NCBI RefSeq assembly: GCF_036321535.1
Contig: NC_087437.1
Span: forward strand, 3,658,001-3,722,000
Direction: 5' to 3'
Length of the DNA: 64,000 nt
DNA from: Camelus dromedarius
Taxonomy: Eukaryota
This document shows, one piece after another, positions 38,253 to 50,250 of the stretch. Within the stretch, counting starts at the first letter, position 1. Every line of letters begins with the position of its first letter. The notes beneath the pieces were generated by a model that ran no database searches, had not been told where the DNA came from, and worked only from the letters and a program-made list of their open reading frames with translations. A program made the position numbers and the translations under genes.

Positions 38253-39175
38253 AATCTACTGGAAAAGTTATTTGATTAAATCTAAAGTGCACATGAACCT
38301 ACAGTTTACAGGGGCTGGTAATCAGTGCCCTGCAAACCAGCTAGGACGCACGGTGTATCCATGCCACTCCTTTAACAAGGAATACCAAGGGGCAGACTGC
38401 AAAAGTTCCAATACTTTCTTTATTATCTCATAAAGTTAGGGGTATGTCTTCAAAACAATGAAGGGAGTCAGATCTACTCTCATCTATTAAGGGAGCAGCG
38501 TTCATAACATTACAGAAATCTTTTTAGAGTATGAACTTTCTAAGTATCTCTTAACATTAACCAATTCCCTATGTTTATGACCTGGTATGTAAAGCAGAAT
38601 GTAAAACCTTATCTAACCAAATTGCTTCGAGAATGGGTGGTACTAGTTACTGTGCTTTGACCAGAGCACTCTTGGGAAAGGATCTTAAAAACAGGAGTTT
38701 GGTTTCTTGCCTCCATGCGTGTATCAAACATAACGATCGCTCATAAGCTGCTGTCTTACTCAGTTAAGAGGTCCACATTCTGAGGACCAATTTCTCTTGG
38801 ACAGCCGTAGAGACACGAACGGATGACATGAAAACTGTTACAATCTCAAGAAAGATCCTAGATGTTTTGAAAATCACATACCCAATAGCAAATTGCTTTG
38901 TTTGAGAGATTTTTGTCTTAAAAGTGGAATGCAAAAGAAACATTTCCATTTAGTAGACAGTTCTAGTTGCAGTTACTGAGTGGTGACTAAAAAAGTTTTA
39001 TTACGCTTCCTTTAATTATTTCTTTAACTTGAATTACTTATAAATAAGATGAATCTTGACTGTTAGTAAGTAGTAATTGTATGTAAGACAATGTGACATC
39101 TATATTTTATACACATATTTACAAATAAATTTATCTCATATTTATTTGTTATGTTTTACTACTATATTTCTCTTG

Positions 39176-39177
<2 letters not shown>

Positions 39178-39241
<64 letters not shown>
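39178..39241. repeat. (TA)n microsatellite, about 32 units
   Basis: Direct reading. Confidence 0.97.
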
Positions 39242-39245
<4 letters not shown>

Positions 39246-40398
39246 TATCTTGTTCAACCCTGTTATAAAACAATATAGTCTACGGATAAGAAAACTGAAG
39301 CTCAGACTAGGAACCTCCATAACCTTAATCTCAGTGAAGAACAAGACCAGCTTTACTTACTCAGCTGTTCACCTTCAAAGCCTGTGGTCTTAACCGTGAC
39401 ACTTGCACTGCCTTTCCTGTAGCATCCTAGGACTTTGTGAGCAGTCACAGTCACGACTGTTTCTGATTTTAGCAGAGTTCTAAAGTCACACATCTACAGA
39501 GGCAGGCAGGCAGTGGAAAGGTATGATGCAGCTGGCTGTAAGAGACAGGAGTGGCAGGAATGTGGGTAACTGGAAAGGAGTCCGGGGTCTGTCTGGAGAG
39601 AGCCACCGCCTCCCAGCTCCAGCCCAGATTGGCTATGTAGGCAGCAATGTTAACAAAGTAAACAATCTTTTGATTTTTTTTTAAGAGAAGATGAAAAGCT
39701 CAATTTTATGAGAGCTGTCCACTTTTGAATACTGGCAACTAATTTAGATTAAAAAAGAAACAACTATGCAGGTGAAAGAAAACATCTGAAAGCTGAATGA
39801 GGCCAGTATGTAATATGCTGTAGAGCTTCTGATGATGAACAACTCCTGTCCAAGAGATTCTAGACTAGATCCTTGGTATCAAGTGATCTGTCAATTATCC
39901 TCACTACTGGATTCATTCCACATACCTCGGCTTCGTCTGCCTTCTTCAGCTCAAGTCGTGTATCTCAGACTAGTTCAGGTACAGGGAGGGCCACCAGCAA
40001 ATCACTTCAGGACACTTTACTCACCTCAAATGCAAATTACCATTAATTTGCATTTTATGACACTTCTAAAACTGCAGACAATTCTTATGTTCTCACTCAT
40101 GAAGTCCCAATCAAGTTAGGTGGAAGCAATGCTGTAACTGAGACTTTGGCACGCATAAAAATCTTATTTTCATATATATCTACCCCATTTCCCTGCTCCA
40201 GGCCATTTGGGTACTCACCTGCCGAAATGCCTTTAGAAACCTCACCTGAATACACCATTTAAGGAGCTTCTCTACTTCTTACTCAATTCTTACTTTAATG
40301 CAAACAGCAAAGTGAAGGCACTCCAAGTTTTTAATCAGCTAAGAGCTGCACGCACACAGCAGCCAGCTCAAGATTCGTACGAAGTGTTTTTTACTTAC

Positions 40399-40568
40399 AA
40401 TTCCTCTCCTTGTTTGGCTTTCTTGTCTGAAACCAGAAAGACAGTTCCAAAACTTCCGCTGCCAAGTTTCTGTAGAAGCACATATCTTCTCGCAATCAGG
40501 GGCTCCGGGCACGTGGAAACAGCTACTGATCCCCTCATACATTTGGCAGCCTCCTGGAATTTCAGCAT
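40399..40568 (-). CDS. NEK11: NIMA-related kinase 11, first coding exon (partial CDS; next exon not found in window)
   Basis: MLKFQEAAKC...LIARRYVLLQKLGSGSFGTVFLVSDKKAKQGEEL (kinase Gly-loop, NEK11 N-terminus); ATG at 40568; donor TT|GTAAGT at 40398; 170 coding nt. Confidence 0.93.
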
Positions 40569-40667
40569 TGCTCCAAGCAAGAGAGAGCTGTTTATTTGTT
40601 TATAGAAACTAAACATTCAAGTCTCCTGGGAGATGGTCAAATTCATCCAAGTAGCAACAGTCAATGC
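40569..40667 (-). other. NEK11: NEK11 5'UTR portion of the first coding exon
   Basis: Acceptor ctgaccttttcatctttaAG|gcattg (branch-point-like ctgac, pyrimidine tract), AG at 40669-40668. Confidence 0.65.
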
Positions 40668-42089
40668 CTTAAAGATGAAAAGGTCAGAGATCAGGTCTAA
40701 CCACGCTGAACTACTCCCAGCAAAAAGTTTAAGTTTTTGATAGTGATACCTGTACCTTGATTAGTGGATTGAATGACCCTGTCCTGGTTCACTTTAACAA
40801 CTTGAGAAAAATGTTAAAAGATAAGACATACTACCAATAGAAGGCGGTCTTTCTTACAGAAAGAGAGCCTTCCCTCATACATCTAAACTTAGCAGAACTG
40901 AATTAACAGTCAAATTTCTCCTAAATTCTGAGATGTATATATGTTTTCCAATCAATAATCTATTGAAGATTTATACTCCCTGCCTATTTAAAAAAAAATC
41001 CAAATATAAGAACTTTATAATTTCCTAAAATCTATACATTTGCATCAACCTTTATGTAATTCTTTCTTCCCACCTTATGTCTATTTTGATTAAATGTTGA
41101 GTTAGGATTAAACCGGGAATTAGTATAATGCTGGTTTCTTTTTTTTTTCTGTAGGCTTTTAAACCATGACATTTTCATTTATTAGAATAGGCACGAAGAG
41201 GCATATGGATTCAAATTGAATTTCTCCCCTATCTTAAGCAAATTCTGATGCAGTTTCTGAATTTTTTATTATACACACTATGTTTGGAGTAATCTCCCTG
41301 GATTAGGAAGAAGAGGTGTCACAAGTACAGTTCAAATTTGAAACTGCATTTTAATGTTAGCTGAATATACATGTGTTAAAGGTAAGTCTATAATTCCTTA
41401 AGAAGCTATAAATGTACAGCAGAACTATGAAAAGCAAGGCTGTTTCATATAAGTATGTTCATTGTAAAGTCACTTTTATTTCATCAAAATGTAATTTTTT
41501 TTTTTTAGTAATCACGAAGTGGGTTTTGTTTCAAATCTAGAAGAAACATTTTAAACTGAAGACTGCCAGTGGCTTGGATTCACGTTTCCATATTCAACAA
41601 CTCCAAAACCAGAAGACAAAACCTACTGTGTAAAATGGGGAAACAAGCTGTTATCTGTGTCGTTTGGAGTACATGGCCAAGGGCTTCATCACGGTGGTGG
41701 CAATTACAAACATCCTCAGAATAGAACATAAACAAGGAAATGTCCATTGGCAGCCCCTCCCTTCTTGAAATAGTGTATTAATCAGTTAAGTTTCTCTCCT
41801 CCAGAGAGAAGAAAATGAGTAATCAGCTGAGGGAGGGAGGGAGGGAGGAACCATGTCACCCGAGTGGCTGGGTGTTAGTGACAACACTAAAACCCTAGCA
41901 TCGGGCTGGAACTTCGGAGCTGGGACCCCTATCTCAAAACCCTGAATTAGTGGGATTATCAAGATCACAGAAAATACTAGCGAAACGGAAAGCAGGGCCC
42001 AACATGCATCTTCTGTCGGTGTCCTCTGCTTGCATGAAAGTTAGCTGTTAATTAAAGTGTGTGGGCTCACAGCCTTTCCACTGAAGAGG

Positions 42090-43320
42090 GCCCTTATTGC
42101 TGGGACCAGGTAAGGGTCAGACGGTTCCGAGGAGCCCCGTTTCCCGGGGCGCCGGTCCACACACGAGTCCGGATGAGCGGCGGAGCAGGTCGGACCAGGT
42201 TCCAGGGCCCAGACCCCGGTCGCGGCCCCGCCGCCCCCCAGCCCTCCCTGGGTCCCGTGTGCGCGACCAGCGCCCCTGACGAGGGGCCGGAGCGCGGGGA
42301 GCACGCCTGCGGCTGCCGGCGAGGACCCCGGGCGCCGTGGGAGCGGAGAGGCGAGGGACGCGTAGGCTGACCTGAGACGGGGCGGGGGCACCAGAGGTGC
42401 GCGCGGACGCGGTCTCCCCGGGAATCACGGACGAGGGCAGCGGGTCTGTCACGACTCGGCTGAAGCAACGTAAACCTTAACTTCAGGTAAAACGAGCCTC
42501 AGGTAAAACTTCCCTCAATTTTTTTAAGCTGAACACTTTGAGGAGGCACCGGCCACACACCCTCGGGGACCAGGCAGACCCGGCAGGTGAGCAGCCCAGG
42601 GCAGCTAGGAGGGGCGGGAACCGCAGAGCCTTCGCGTACCTTCGCGGCTGGAGGGTCCCGCCCTTACCCGGGACGCACGAGCAGCCGCCTCACGTCGGGG
42701 AAGTAGCGCTGGCCGAACTCGCGACCACCGCGCGTCCCGGCTGCAGTGCGCTGTTGCCAGGGAGACGGCGCGGGGTGTGCCGGGAAGTCGCGCGCGGCTG
42801 CCGGGCGCCGTTGCCAGGGAGACGGCGCGGGGTGTGCAGGGAAGTAGGGCGCCGCTGCCAGGCGCCGTTGCCAGGGAGATGGCGCGGGGCGTGCCGGGAA
42901 GTCGAGGGCGGTGGCCCCGAGTGGTTCATCAAGGCGGAAGTGTGCGCCGACCCCAGGTGGGCGGGGAAAGGGGGCTGGCCCGGTGGGCTGAGACGCCGCA
43001 ACCTGATAGCAGGCGTTCCAGAGCGTGCTTCCCAGCCTTCCTGAGCAACGTCGTGCTAGGCCCGAGGGCACCTAACTCTCTGCGCCAGCGGCGCCGCCGG
43101 CTTCCGGAACGGGGCTCCCCCGTGATAATGTCATACGCGGAGACTTCCGCTTCCGGTTTGGGGGTTGGACTCACGTGTCAGGGTTTCCAGGGCTCTACCG
43201 GCTCCTGCGGTCTTGTGATGGAGGTGCTGGTCCCCTGGAAGGACGAAGCAGGTGGGCGCTGCCGCTGCGCGTCCGAGAGGGGTGGTGTCTGAGAGCTGTG
43301 CTCGACGACACGGATCAAAG
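42090..43320. promoter_or_regulatory. CpG island / bidirectional promoter of NEK11 (-) and ASTE1 (+)
   Basis: Dense CpG and high GC between two head-to-head genes; ETS/GABP-like cttccgg at ~43101 and acttccgcttccgg at ~43143-43156; candidate NEK11 exon-1 donors on the minus strand at 42667 (CGG|GTAAGG) and 42639 (AAG|GTACGC). Confidence 0.9.
42738..42908. repeat. 57-bp tandem repeat x3, each unit with an RFX X-box
   Basis: GTTGCCAGGGAGAC at 42753 and 42810, GTTGCCAGGGAGAT at 42867; gggaagt at 42782, 42839, 42896. Confidence 0.9.
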
Positions 43321-43455
43321 CTTTTGTGCGCCCTTCTCCTGTCTAGCCCGAATCTACTCTGCAGGGTCCTGCAGTCGTCTTAGGATGAGTTGCCGCAGTC
43401 CCTGCCCGCATTTGCTTTACGAGACAGTCTCACGGAGGAATGGGTACTACCCAGG
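43150..43455 (+). other. ASTE1: Probable ASTE1 non-coding exon 1 (start uncertain)
   Basis: Strong donor AGG|GTAAGG at 43456 at the edge of the CpG island. Confidence 0.5.
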
Positions 43456-44139
43456 GTAAGGTGCTGAGATACGGCCGAGACTGGGGCGAAGTGAGGCAGG
43501 CAGTGCACGGGGAATCCCCACACTCTGTAATCAAGATAGATGAATACTTATGCAATATCTCTCAAAATCAATTTTACTGCCAAAACCCCCCATGCTTAAC
43601 CGTCTCACAGGTTTATACACAGGATCAATAACAGTGCCAGGGTTAGCCTGAGGCCAAAGGAGAAACTAGTAATACTGATCCTGAGACTTAAGTTAGCCAG
43701 ATGGGGAAGGATATTTACGTAACTGGGCTGAATATGCAAAGCAAGAAGATGAAAAGAGCCGCTAGTTGGAGTGAAACTGGAGAGTCAAGTTCCTGGAGGC
43801 TTGCATCAGTAGTTTCCATGAGTAGTTTTCCTTCCTCAAAACTATTCTAATTAAGACGGGCCCACAAGCCAAGGCCTGAAAGAAACTCTTAGGCTCTGAT
43901 TATCAACATAGAAAACTGGATCTATATTATTGACCCTAAACACTTTAGTTAACTGAAGCCCAGTACTTTTCAATATATTACTTGTGAGATTGAGAATATC
44001 ACTTTTATAGCTTAGGACCTTTTACCTTGACCCCACACGCTGTGTTGTAGGGCGGTGACTGTCTCAGTATCAAAGTCTGCAGATGTTCTATTATTAGTGT
44101 GTCAGTAATGCGCTTTAACTGATTTTCCTTTTGAATCAG

Positions 44140-44266
44140 CAGCAGCCTCCCTCCCTGTCCAAAGATCGGACTCCACGAAACCACTGAGTTTGTGCCTTAT
44201 AACATATGGGAAAAGCAAGAGAGAATGAAAAAGCTCTCAGCCAGCTGGGGTTGCCTGAGAATCTAG
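44140..44266 (+). other. ASTE1: Probable ASTE1 5'UTR exon 2
   Basis: Acceptor ttttccttttgaatCAG|CAG|CAG; donor TAG|GTAAGA at 44267. Confidence 0.65.
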
Positions 44267-44423
44267 GTAAGAACTGAGACTCTGACTCCAAATATGTTAT
44301 GTGTAAAGAACTCTTCATAACATTGGCTGTTGATTTGATGCTACTGGAAACTGACGTGGTCCCCTGCAACCGACATAGACTGAAAGTGTGTTCTGTTTAA
44401 AACAGGCAATTTTTCAGACAGTC

Positions 44424-45728
44424 ATGGGTATCCGAGGACTAATGAGTTTTGTGGAAGATCACAGTAATGAGTTCTTCACCGATTTGAAGTTGCGAGACAC
44501 AAAAATTATCATTGATGGCTATGCCCTCTTCCACCGGCTTTGTTTCAGTTCAGACTTGGATCTCCAGTATGGAGGGGACTATGATTCTTTTGCAGATGTT
44601 GTACAAAAATTCTTTGAATCACTATTTGCATGTAAGATCTGTCCCTATGTTGTGTTAGATGGAGGATGTGATATTTCAGATAAAAAGCTAACAACGTTAA
44701 AGGATCGTGCTAGAGAGAAGATCCAAATGGCCCACTCACTCTCTGTGGGCAGCGGTGGGTATGTGTGTCCCTTGCTCATCCGGGAAGTATTCATCCAGGT
44801 TCTGAACAGGCTGCAGGTGCCTTTCGTCCAGTGCTTTTCAGAAGCAGACCGGGACATTATGACTCTGGCTAATCACTGGAACTGCCCCGTGTTGTCGTCG
44901 GATAGTGACTTTTGCATTTTTGACCTGAAAGGTGGGTTTTGCCCATTGAACAGCTTTCAGTGGAGAAACGTGAGCACAATTAAGGGCACCGGAGACCGCT
45001 ACATCCCTGCCAAGTGCTTTTCACTTGATGCACTCTGCCGTCACTTCAGCAACATGAATAAAGCTCTGCTACCTCTCTTGGCAGTGCTGTGCGGAAATGA
45101 CCACGTTAACCTGCCTGTCGTGGAGACATTCCTCAGTAAAGTACGCCTTCCCCCCGGAGCTGCCGGTTCTAAGGGGAGGAGACACCACCGGGTGCTGGGA
45201 CTGCTGAACTGGTTGTCTCACTTTGCTGGCCCTGCCGAAGCACTCAACCAGGTTCTGAAACAGCTCCCCAAGAAGAGTCGAGGAGATGTCAGGGAGCTCC
45301 TGTGCTGCTCCATGGAGGAGTACCTGCAGTCCCAGGTGAAGCTGCAGGACTTCTTCCAGCATGGTGCCTACTCCTGCCCGGACGCCTGCGGTCTGGGTCT
45401 CCCGCAGTGGGTGCTAGCGGCCTTGGCCAGAGGCCAGCTGTCCCCCTTCATCAGCGATGCTTTGGTGCTGAGACGGACCATTCTGCACACACAGGTGGAA
45501 AACATGCAGCAACCAAACGCCCACAGAGTCTCTCTGCCCATCCGGCAGGTCATCTATGGGCTTCTGGCGAATGCTTCCCCCCGTCTGGAAGACACGTCTG
45601 GGAACGCCCCGCCTCCTCAGCCTCTGGCTTTCAGGGAGGTGGAGAGGTTTCATAAAAACATCAAAACATCAATTGTTGCTGCAGTAGAACTGCCCAAGGA
45701 TCATTGTGACTTAAGCAGATTGACCGAG
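44424..45728 (+). CDS. ASTE1: Asteroid homolog 1 (XPG/FEN1-like PIN nuclease fold), coding exon 1 (exon starts at 44406)
   Basis: MGIRGLMSFVEDHSNEFFTDLKLRDTKIIIDG...VVLDG...EADRDI...SSDSDF...GNDH; acceptor aacAG|44406; donor GAG|GTAAGT; 1305 nt, phase 0. Confidence 0.97.
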
Positions 45729-46607
45729 GTAAGTGTTCGCAATACCAACAGTTTTTGTAGAGCACTTCACAGGTTATAAAGCGACTTTCTGTATACTATC
45801 TCTTCTAATAGAACGAACTGAGGTTGGTCGCTCTGTTGCCCCATTTCATAGCTGAGAAAGCTAAGACTCAAAGTAGGCAACTGTAGTCCTCCACCAGGGA
45901 GTTGTCAGTGCTTGGACTCAGACCTCGAGCTTGTAGCTCCAAATCTGCCTTTCCCACTGTGCTTCCATAGGATGCTTTGTCTCTGCAGTTATTACTCCTT
46001 TGCTGATAACGAGCCATCAATGGAATGGGGTTAGTGGCTAAAAAAAAAGAAAAGGAAAAATTTCTGAGCTGCAGAGGGGGAAAAAAGCATGCTTTTAGGC
46101 TTAGATCAGAGGCATAACTAACATCCCAGGCTGCGTCAAATTTCAATTAGCAAGATCAGTACCAATGCTTAGGTCTAATTTTTTATTTTCATTGGCGAGG
46201 GCCTTTTTTTTCCAGGCTTGAGGTTATGGCATCATGATGATTTGCTTAGTTCGATACTGAAAACATGACTTAAACTGACTCAGTATTGTTTAAACCTGAG
46301 CAACAGACCAGTCCCCTTTTCAGGGTAAAAGAAATTCTCACAGATCCCAGTGTACTTTTTTTTTTTTTTTGTAATAGTACATAAATATGTTAACAATTAC
46401 AAATAGCTATGAAGCTGCTTTTGCGAACACAATTAAATTTAGGAATTAAATGTAGGTAAACTCAGGGTACCAGCTGGGATGCCCGTTCTTGGATCTGACT
46501 CGATATTGAGACCCGTGAGGCTCTCCCAGGTTACTGGTGGTGCCAGCCTGCTCAGGGAAGTGGGGCCGCAGCACAGCGTCCCCACGGGAGTCCTTACGGC
46601 AGTGTGA

Positions 46608-46795
46608 CCATCAGTTCTCCACGGGGGTGGTTTTTACCCCCCAGGGACACTTTGGATTGGCAGTACTTGGCAATTTGGGGAAGGGGCGTGGTTGCTACTG
46701 GTGTCTGGTGGGGAGAGGGCAAGTGTGCCCTGAATATCTTACCAGGTGCAGTACAGCCCCATAGCAAGGAATTACCCAGCCCAGAATGTCGGTAG
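46608..46795 (+). mobile_element. MER20-like DNA transposon
   Basis: gggggtggtttttacccccagggacactttgg...tgctactggtgtctggtggggagagg...acagccccatagcaaggaattacccagcccagaatgtc. Confidence 0.7.
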
Positions 46796-47079
46796 CCAGC
46801 TCCTGGCCTGCACAGTCGACTGGGAACCAGCCTGTCTAGCCTCCACATTGGTGATGGTCAGGCAGGAGGAATATGGTTCACGTGGGACAGGTCCTCAAGC
46901 CTCCTGGGCACGGGGTGTGACCACTGGTGGGAACCGGGGTGGTGAAACATTCGGGATTAGTGGTGGGGCACAAGCTGTAAACAAACTGAAGCCACTTAAA
47001 AAGTGAATCTTATGACACAGGAATGAGATCTCAAAGAAAGAAAAGGTCTTACTGGCCTCCTTCCACACAGGAGCCCTTC

Positions 47080-48110
47080 TTTCTTGTAACAGCTTCATAG
47101 ACATGGCTTCTGAGGCCCCACAAGTGACAGCCTGCTCATAGGTCACAGCCCTCCAGAGCCAGTGTAGCTCAGTGTCTGGTCCCAGGCCCTGCCGCCCCGT
47201 GCCCCTTGTGGTCCCTGTCCTGATCTCTGACTGCTGAATAGTCCGACTGCTGCTTTCACGCCTTACATGCATCGTGAGTTCTTCGTCTGGTTTCATTGAT
47301 TCAGCATGATATTGGTGAGATCCATTTGCACCCCAGGAGCGGTTGAGTATTGTTTCTGCTTTGTGGAGATTCGCCATAGTCGGGTTCTCCAGGGCGTGTG
47401 TGGGTTTGCAGGTGGGCAGTCATGAGTTGTGCCAGCAGACTGCGGTGCACGTGCTGTCGTGAGGACGTGGGCACGCCTCCTGCACAGACCGCTCGCAGTG
47501 GCGATGCTGGGGCACAGTGTACGCGAGTGTTCAGCTTGGAAGATCTGTTCCCAGTGGCCCTGCAAAGTGGTTTTACCAATAACTATTCCCAGCAGCAGCT
47601 GATGAGTTCCTCTAACTTTCCGTCCTTGCCCACACTTGGTATTTTCTATCCTTTAAAAAATTTTTTAGCTATCCTGATGGTTGTGTAGTTTTAGCCCATT
47701 TGGTGGGTATTAATTTGCATTTCTCTGATGACTTATTTGAGCACCTTTTCTTGTGTTTATTGGCCATCTGGATAGTCTGTTCAATTTCTGTTCAATGTCT
47801 TTTGCCCGCTTTTCTGTTGTTTTTATTTCTTTACACAGGATCTTTGTCAAATAATTCGCGTTGTGAGTAGCCACTCCCATTTTGTGGGGTGACCTTTCAC
47901 TCTGCGTGTTTTGATGAACAGAAGTTCTTAATACGGTCTAAGTTTTTAGAACTTATGGTTATCATTTTTGTGACCTACTTAAATTATTACCTGCTCTAAG
48001 GTCGTGAAAATGTTCTGCCTTCCACGTGCAGTCTATCCAGAAGTGACTTTCTGTGTGTACAGTGTGACCTGGGGTTGGGACACTTTGTCCTCATGTGAAA
48101 GTCTAGCTGA
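47080..48110 (-). mobile_element. Old, degenerate L1 fragment in an ASTE1 intron
   Basis: taatttgcatttctctgatgacttatttgagcaccttttcttgtgtttattggccatc...ttttgatgaacagaagttcttaat. Confidence 0.7.
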
Positions 48111-48396
48111 GTCCACCTGTAGCCTACCAACTGTCCTGGCCACGTGCGGCTGACACGCACCTGAGTTCAGAGGTGCTGAGGTCTGAGGCTGGTGTCCATG
48201 GGATAGCACAGTGGGTCCTGTATTTAGCTCAGTCTTGTTAGCTCTGATTAGCCCGTGATAATTCTGAATGGTATCAGGTGCAAATCGAGTCCAAAGCTAT
48301 GCAGGTACCAGCGTAGAAACTCTGCGATAGTGTCTGTTCACTGTGCTTTCTTAGCACCATGTGGTAATACTGCTACTGTATCTGCTGCGTGCCGCT

Positions 48397-48410
48397 GTTG
48401 TCATGGAAAC
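48397..48410. promoter_or_regulatory. Candidate RFX X-box
   Basis: GTTGTCATGGAAAC, a near-palindromic match to GTTGCCATGGCAAC. Confidence 0.45.
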
Positions 48411-50039
48411 GCCACACCAGCTCCTGTGTAAATTCCCGCAGTGACCGCACAGGGTAGCGTCTCTACTCGGTCCTCCTGGTTGCCGTGGACAGGGCACCAC
48501 TCAAGTTAACAAGGAGAGGTTAACTGTGAGGAGAGGTGCGTGTGGGTCAGTCCGAGGGGAAGTCAGTGCCAAGACCAGCCTCTCCCTGGCACCTCTGCCT
48601 CTGGCAGCTTCTTCTGCAGACTTGTCAGGACCAGCGGGTCTCTTGAGCACGTGGTGTGACTCACTCCCGTGCCCATTTTACAGGCGATCAGACCAACTGT
48701 CCAGAAGCTCAGCAACTTGCTCAAATGCTTGGTGGTGGGGGGGGGGGGAGCCTCTGGGGTCAAAGCCACACTCTGCTTGATTCATAAAGGTTGTAACTTG
48801 GCTAGAGAGTTCAGTAATTCAAGCTTACATGTCAGAGAGGAGTTCGTGTATTTTCTAGCTTTGTTTGGTATGTCTTTCTACCAGTTGAGATGATAAGGAG
48901 TATATTTAACTGTAAGTACTTAATGCTCCTTCCCATGGGGTCACTGGAAAGCAACTACATATTTCCAATTTTAAAATTTTTATCACAATATTAAATTCTT
49001 AAAACCAGCACTTATAAATATTGTATTAAAGCTGTCACACATTGATGAGGAAACTCTTTTGTCAGTTATGACATGTTTCATTTCATGTTAAGATCTCTGT
49101 TTTCAGCTGTCAACACACTTTTTTACTCACTGGGTGTTAGATGCCAGACTGATCCTCCCAGAAAGTCAAGGAAGAAATCTTTTCTGGCTATGTGCAGACA
49201 CTAGTAATACAACGTTTTTTCCTCTTGAAGTTTGATTGTGAAGTCCCAGTAAGGTTCCCTTATCTGTAAGTGTGAGACCTGTAAGGTCCCTTATGGTTCT
49301 TAAATCTTAAGATTCATTAAGGTAAGATTATTTCTGTTGGCAGGCAGCCTGAGGCCCTCCTCGCTGTGTAGTTCCTTGTATCCGAGGCGCACCCTGTAGA
49401 GCACAGAGTAAAGATCGGGGGAGGGGGGTTACACGCATGGTGCAGGCAGTCCTTAAACACTCCCATTCCCTTGAATGCACCCATCACTAGAAGTGGGCAT
49501 CCCACCCAGGACAGTCCTGTGTGGGAGAAAACAGACTGTAAGACACTCATCGGGGGCGTGAGTCAGGACCCGGACAGACAGAAGCCGTGTGACCCCAGCA
49601 GAGGGTGCTGTCATCCAGGCCTGCCTTCCGCAGTGAGCAGAAGTGACAGTGGAGCAGGTGGGGCCGAGGTACTCCCAGGCAAGTAGGGTGGGGCTGAGTA
49701 CAGATTTTTGTTTCTTAAAGCAGATTAATAGTTGTGGTGTGGACTCCAGGCTCCCCTCAGGTTTCCTGGGTCAGTTTCAGGGGTGGGGCTTGGTTTTAAC
49801 CAGCTGCCCAGGGAGCGGCAGGCTGGGGATGCAGCCGCCTTCATGGGGCTGTGACGAGCAGGGCTGTGCAGAGGGAGGAGACCTGTCACCTTGCTCATTA
49901 AGCACCTTATTAGGTTCTCAGTGTTCCAGGTGCGGCTGATGCTCTTCCACAGGGAGATAAACTGACCCAGCAGTTTCATTTACATGAAAGCCTCTTCATG
50001 TCCCAAAGTAACGTGCAGTTGTCTGGTGTGCAATTTCAG

Positions 50040-50250
50040 CTCTCAGTGGCGAGCCGGCAGGCCCTCCTGTTAGAAGCGCTGAAGGTAAGGCCAGCTGTCC
50101 TGGACCCCGTCCCCGCCTCCTTGAAGTTGCCTATCGCTGTCAGCTGCTACTGGTTGCAGCAGGCGGAGGCCAAGGTGAGACTGCATCACCTCCAGGCCCT
50201 GCTGCTGGGGATGCTGCTGGGGCCCCTGCGCACTGTGGCCCACGGCCCTG
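50040..50250 (+). CDS. ASTE1: ASTE1 coding exon 2
   Basis: tttcAG|CTC...LSVASRQALLLEALKV...LPIAVSCYWLQ...LHHLQALLLGML...CCTG|GTAGGT; 211 nt, phase 0 to 1. Confidence 0.94.

Noticed and set aside
39077..39393. ORFs with IYIYIY runs
   Set aside because: Translation of the (TA)n microsatellite
1..40398. Further NEK11 coding exons (expected next: KVLKEI...EAQLLSKL.HPAIVKF)
   Set aside because: No such translation seen by eye or in the ORF track; the region is treated as intron, though a small exon could have been missed
41560..41640. Candidate NEK11 non-coding exon 2 (minus-strand acceptor ccccattttacacAG near 41627)
   Set aside because: No convincing paired donor, so boundaries cannot be supported
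42738..42908. CRISPR-like repeat-spacer array
   Set aside because: Mammalian DNA; the 'spacers' are homologous to each other, so this is a plain tandem repeat, and there are no cas genes
42041..43459. Many overlapping 60-170 aa ORFs
   Set aside because: Expected from stop-poor CpG-island sequence; the repeated peptides only reflect the 57-bp repeat
44388..45779. 463-aa single-exon ORF as the whole ASTE1 protein
   Set aside because: It starts at an intronic non-ATG codon and runs past the donor at 45729; the real CDS is spliced
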